Source of the DNA: a bacterium
GTDB taxonomy: Bacteria; Hydrothermota; 32-111
Direction: 5' to 3'
DNA length: 28,205 nt
NCBI GenBank assembly: GCA_046484245.1
Contig: JAWOBN010000107.1
Span: 1-28,205, forward strand
Made by a program: the position numbers and the translations under genes. The notes beneath the pieces are model-generated. The model saw nothing but the letters and a program-made list of their open reading frames with translations. It was not told where the DNA came from and searched no databases. Below are positions 25,922 to 28,205 of the stretch, piece after piece (within the stretch, counting starts at the first letter, position 1; each line of letters opens with the position of its first letter).

Positions 25922-27130
25922 ATGTACAGTAATAAACAATTGAAAAATAGAGAGAAAAAGTACGGGGCAAATAACTATAATCCATTGGATGTAATTCTGT
26001 CAAAAGGAAAGGGCATCTGGGTCTGGGACAATGAAGGCAAGAAATATCTTGATTTCCTCAGTTCATACTCAGCAGTCAATCAGGGGCATTGCCATCCGGA
26101 TATTGCAAAAGCAGCTGAAAAGCAGATGAAGGAGCTCACATTGACATCACGGGCATTCAGAAATGACAAGTTGCCCATATTTTATGAAAAGCTCTGTAAA
26201 TTGACAAAAATGGAGAAGATGCTCCCTATGAATTCAGGGGCTGAAGCAGTTGAAACAGCTATTAAAGCAGTAAGGAAATGGGGCTACACTGTAAAGGGCG
26301 TGCCTGCCAATAAAGCAGAGATTATTGTATCAAACAATAATTTCCACGGCAGGACAATTACTGTGGTATCATTTTCATCATCAGAGTCATACAAGGAAGG
26401 ATTCGGTCCATTAACCCCCGGTTTCAAGGAAATACCTTTTGGTGATGCAAAAGCTCTCAAAAAGGCAATCACAAAGAATACAGTTGCATTTCTCACTGAG
26501 CCGATTCAGGGAGAAGGCGGAATCATTGTACCGCCTGACGGTTTCCTCAAAGAAGCGCAGCAGATATGCAAGAAGAACAAGGTGCTCTTCATACTGGATG
26601 AGATCCAGACAGGACTCTGCAGAACAGGCAGATTCTTTGCATACAAGTGGGAGAAGGGCGTAGAGCCGGATGGACTCATACTGGGCAAAGCACTCTCAGG
26701 CGGATTCTATCCTGTCAGTGCTTTTCTTGCAAAGAAAGAGGTTATGGATGTGTTCACACCCGGTGACCATGGTTCAACATTCGGCGGTAATCCGCTCGCA
26801 TCAGTAATAGCCAATGCCGCATTGGACGTGCTGGTGAAGAATAAATTGGATAAGAAGGCAGACAAACTCGGTCAGTATTTCATGAAGAAACTCAGAGAGA
26901 TTGATTCTGATAATATAAAAGAGGTGAGAGGCAAGGGGCTTCTCATTGGTGTTGAGCTCACGGATAAAGCAGGTGGAGCAAGGAAATACTGTGAGGCATT
27001 GATGGAAGAAGGACTGCTCTGCAAGGAGACACATTACAATATTATCAGGTTTGCACCACCTCTCATTATCAAGAAGAAGGATATTGACTGGGCAATGAAG
27101 AGGATAAGCAAGGTTATTAAGGGCTTATGA
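25922..27130 (+). CDS. rocD: ornithine--oxo-acid transaminase
   Basis: GANNYNPL, YLDFLSSYSAVNQGHCHP, LTLTSRAF, LPMNSGAEAVETA, EPIQGEGG, DEIQTGL, LGKALSGG, PGDHGSTFGGNPL. Confidence 0.95.
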   Translation: MYSNKQLKNREKKYGANNYNPLDVILSKGKGIWVWDNEGKKYLDFLSSYSAVNQGHCHPDIAKAAEKQMKELTLTSRAFRNDKLPIFYEKLCKLTKMEKMLPMNSGAEAVETAIKAVRKWGYTVKGVPANKAEIIVSNNNFHGRTITVVSFSSSESYKEGFGPLTPGFKEIPFGDAKALKKAITKNTVAFLTEPIQGEGGIIVPPDGFLKEAQQICKKNKVLFILDEIQTGLCRTGRFFAYKWEKGVEPDGLILGKALSGGFYPVSAFLAKKEVMDVFTPGDHGSTFGGNPLASVIANAALDVLVKNKLDKKADKLGQYFMKKLREIDSDNIKEVRGKGLLIGVELTDKAGGARKYCEALMEEGLLCKETHYNIIRFAPPLIIKKKDIDWAMKRISKVIKGL

Positions 27131-27173
27131 GGAATGGGGGGTTATATGCCCCATACCGGTCTCTTAAAAACAC

Positions 27174-27201
27174 TTGACACAGTTCAATATATTTGTATTA
27201 T
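27174..27201 (+). promoter_or_regulatory. sigma70-type promoter for tRNA cluster
   Basis: TTGACA-16 bp-TATTAT ending 14 nt upstream of tRNA-Gly. Confidence 0.65.
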
Positions 27202-27215
27202 TGAATATCTAAGAA

Positions 27216-27288
<73 letters not shown>

Positions 27289-27302
27289 CTTTTTTTATAT
27301 CC

Positions 27303-27375
27303 GGCGGTGTAGCCAAGTGGCTAAGGCAATGGTTTGCAAAACCATCATTCTCCGGTTCGAGTCCGGACGCCGCCT
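27303..27375 (+). tRNA. tRNA-Cys(GCA)
   Basis: Acceptor GGCGGTG/CGCCGCC, arm ATGGT-TT-GCA-AA-ACCAT, TCCGG-TTCGAGT-CCGGA, U discriminator. Confidence 0.96.
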
Positions 27376-27384
27376 TTTTTTCAT

Positions 27385-27470
27385 GCCGGAGTGATGGAAT
27401 TGGTAGACATAGGGGACTTAAAATCCCCTGGGATTTACATCCCGTATCGGTTCAAATCCGATCTCCGGCA
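27385..27470 (+). tRNA. tRNA-Leu(TAA)
   Basis: Acceptor GCCGGAG/CTCCGGC, arm GGGGA-CT-TAA-AA-TCCCC, long variable arm GGGAT/ATCCC, T-loop TTCAAAT. Conserved Gly-Cys-Leu order. Confidence 0.96.
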
Positions 27471-27521
27471 TATAAAACAGTTCCAAGTTTTCAAGTTCCA
27501 AGTTACAAGGATTTATTGTTA

Positions 27522-27885
27522 AAGCGGGGAGAGGTAAGAGACGCGAGACCCGAGACTCGGGACGCGAGAAATGTGCATTGCAAGCCATGACTGAACGTAC
27601 AACGTTTGTATGCCAAGCAGATTCCCCAGAAAATCAGAGGAGAGCGTGATAAAGGAGAGTAATTCTATCCAAATCCCAGGGACAGCCCTTTATATTGTAG
27701 AAATTGTAAAGTAAGCGGGGAGAGGTAAGAGACGCGAGACCCGAGACTCGGGACGCGAGAAATGTGCATTGCAAGCCATGACTGAACGTACAATGCTTGT
27801 ATGCCAAGAAAGTTCCCCAAAAAATCAGAGGAGAGCGTGATAAAAAAGAGTAGTTCTATCCAATCCCAGGGACAGCCCTTTATAT
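27522..27885 (+). repeat. tandem direct repeat, two copies (27522-27695, 27713-27885), period 191 bp
   Basis: The first 81 bp are identical; the remaining ~92 bp differ by 9 substitutions and 1 indel (hand alignment). Confidence 0.95.
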
Positions 27886-28009
27886 CTATAACTTTATACA
27901 AACTACAATGATTGTAAGTTGGTAAATAAACAACATACAAATTACATGATTGTAAATCAAATAATAAATTCATATAGCAGGTTATAGAAATAAAGGGCTG
28001 TCCCCGGGA
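27864..28009. repeat. 29-bp inverted repeat enclosing an 88-bp AT-rich core (MITE/REPIN-like)
   Basis: TCCCAGGGACAGCCCTTTATATCTATAAC (27864-27892) versus GTTATAGAAATAAAGGGCTGTCCCCGGGA (27981-28009): 27/29 complementary. Confidence 0.85.
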
Positions 28010-28029
28010 ATTGGAGGGTGATTTTTTTA

Positions 28030-28057
28030 TTGACTATGATTGTGAGGATTGTATAAT
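28030..28057 (+). promoter_or_regulatory. sigma70-type promoter
   Basis: TTGACT-16 bp-TATAAT upstream of the AGGAGG RBS at 28082. Confidence 0.6.
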
Positions 28058-28091
28058 TATTGGGTGATGTATTTATAAATTAGGAGGGATT

Positions 28092-28205
28092 TTGACAAAG
28101 AGAACAATGAAAGCAGAGGATCTTTATAAAGCCAAAGTTATATCATTCAACAGATTATCCCCAGATGGTAAGCACATTGCATTTACTGTAACTGAATTGG
28201 TAAGA
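28092..28205 (+). CDS. 5' end of probable S9 family peptidase (beta-propeller N-terminus), truncated by window edge
   Basis: AGGAGG RBS and TTG start; translates MTKRTMKAEDLYKAKVISFNRLSPDGKHIAFTVTELVR. The EDL...LSPDG..IAF pattern is typical of S9/TolB-like propeller starts. Confidence 0.65.
   Translation, partial: MTKRTMKAEDLYKAKVISFNRLSPDGKHIAFTVTELVR

Noticed and set aside
1708..27034. Numerous short antisense or alternate-frame ORFs inside the long genes
   Set aside because: They are shadows of well-supported CDSs, with no independent motifs or RBS.
27131..27157. Hairpin ATGGGG/CCCCAT after rocD as intrinsic terminator
   Set aside because: Short stem with no U-tract; too weak to call.
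27522..27885. CRISPR array or DGR template/variable repeat interpretation of the tandem repeat
   Set aside because: There are only two long copies with no unique spacers and no cas genes. Mismatches are not confined to adenines of one copy, neither copy is in a credible CDS, and no reverse transcriptase is in the window.
27334..27973. ORFs 27334-27522 (+) and 27665-27973 (-)
   Set aside because: They overlap the tRNA genes and the tandem/inverted repeats; not credible proteins.
27471..28205. Prophage or integrative element at tRNA-Leu
   Set aside because: No integrase and no duplicated tRNA 3' end is visible; the next gene looks like a host peptidase.

Overview
Bacterial chromosomal window from a probable diderm (Lol ABC transporter, lipoproteins, predicted outer-membrane barrel), moderately AT-rich by eye. 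The core is housekeeping and envelope DNA. A tightly coupled + strand run (1721-15871) encodes a sensor-like coiled-coil membrane protein, leuS, truA, transaldolase, a PLD-family lipoprotein, purB and a six-gene surface-glycosylation module (atypical SDR epimerase, DegT aminotransferase, two methyltransferases, two GT-C/YfhO-like membrane proteins). It is followed by a convergent B12-dependent radical SAM gene, an M1 aminopeptidase with a long C-terminal extension, a two-domain DUF559 nuclease, prfB-lysS-lolC/E-lolD, rocD, a tRNA Gly-Cys-Leu cluster and the start of an S9-like peptidase. The most unusual signal is non-coding: both ends of the window (186-530, 1376-1649, 27481-28014) are built from shared, degenerate 7-mer/9-mer micro-repeat modules. 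These include matching composite repeats on both sides of an orphan lipoprotein gene, a ~75-bp dispersed element present three times, a 191-bp-period tandem duplication after tRNA-Leu and a 29-bp inverted repeat. Other points of note are a prfB with no programmed frameshift and apparently no leader, a candidate modification-dependent nuclease, and a structured intergenic element before rocD. All family calls come from motif recognition by eye; no database search was run.
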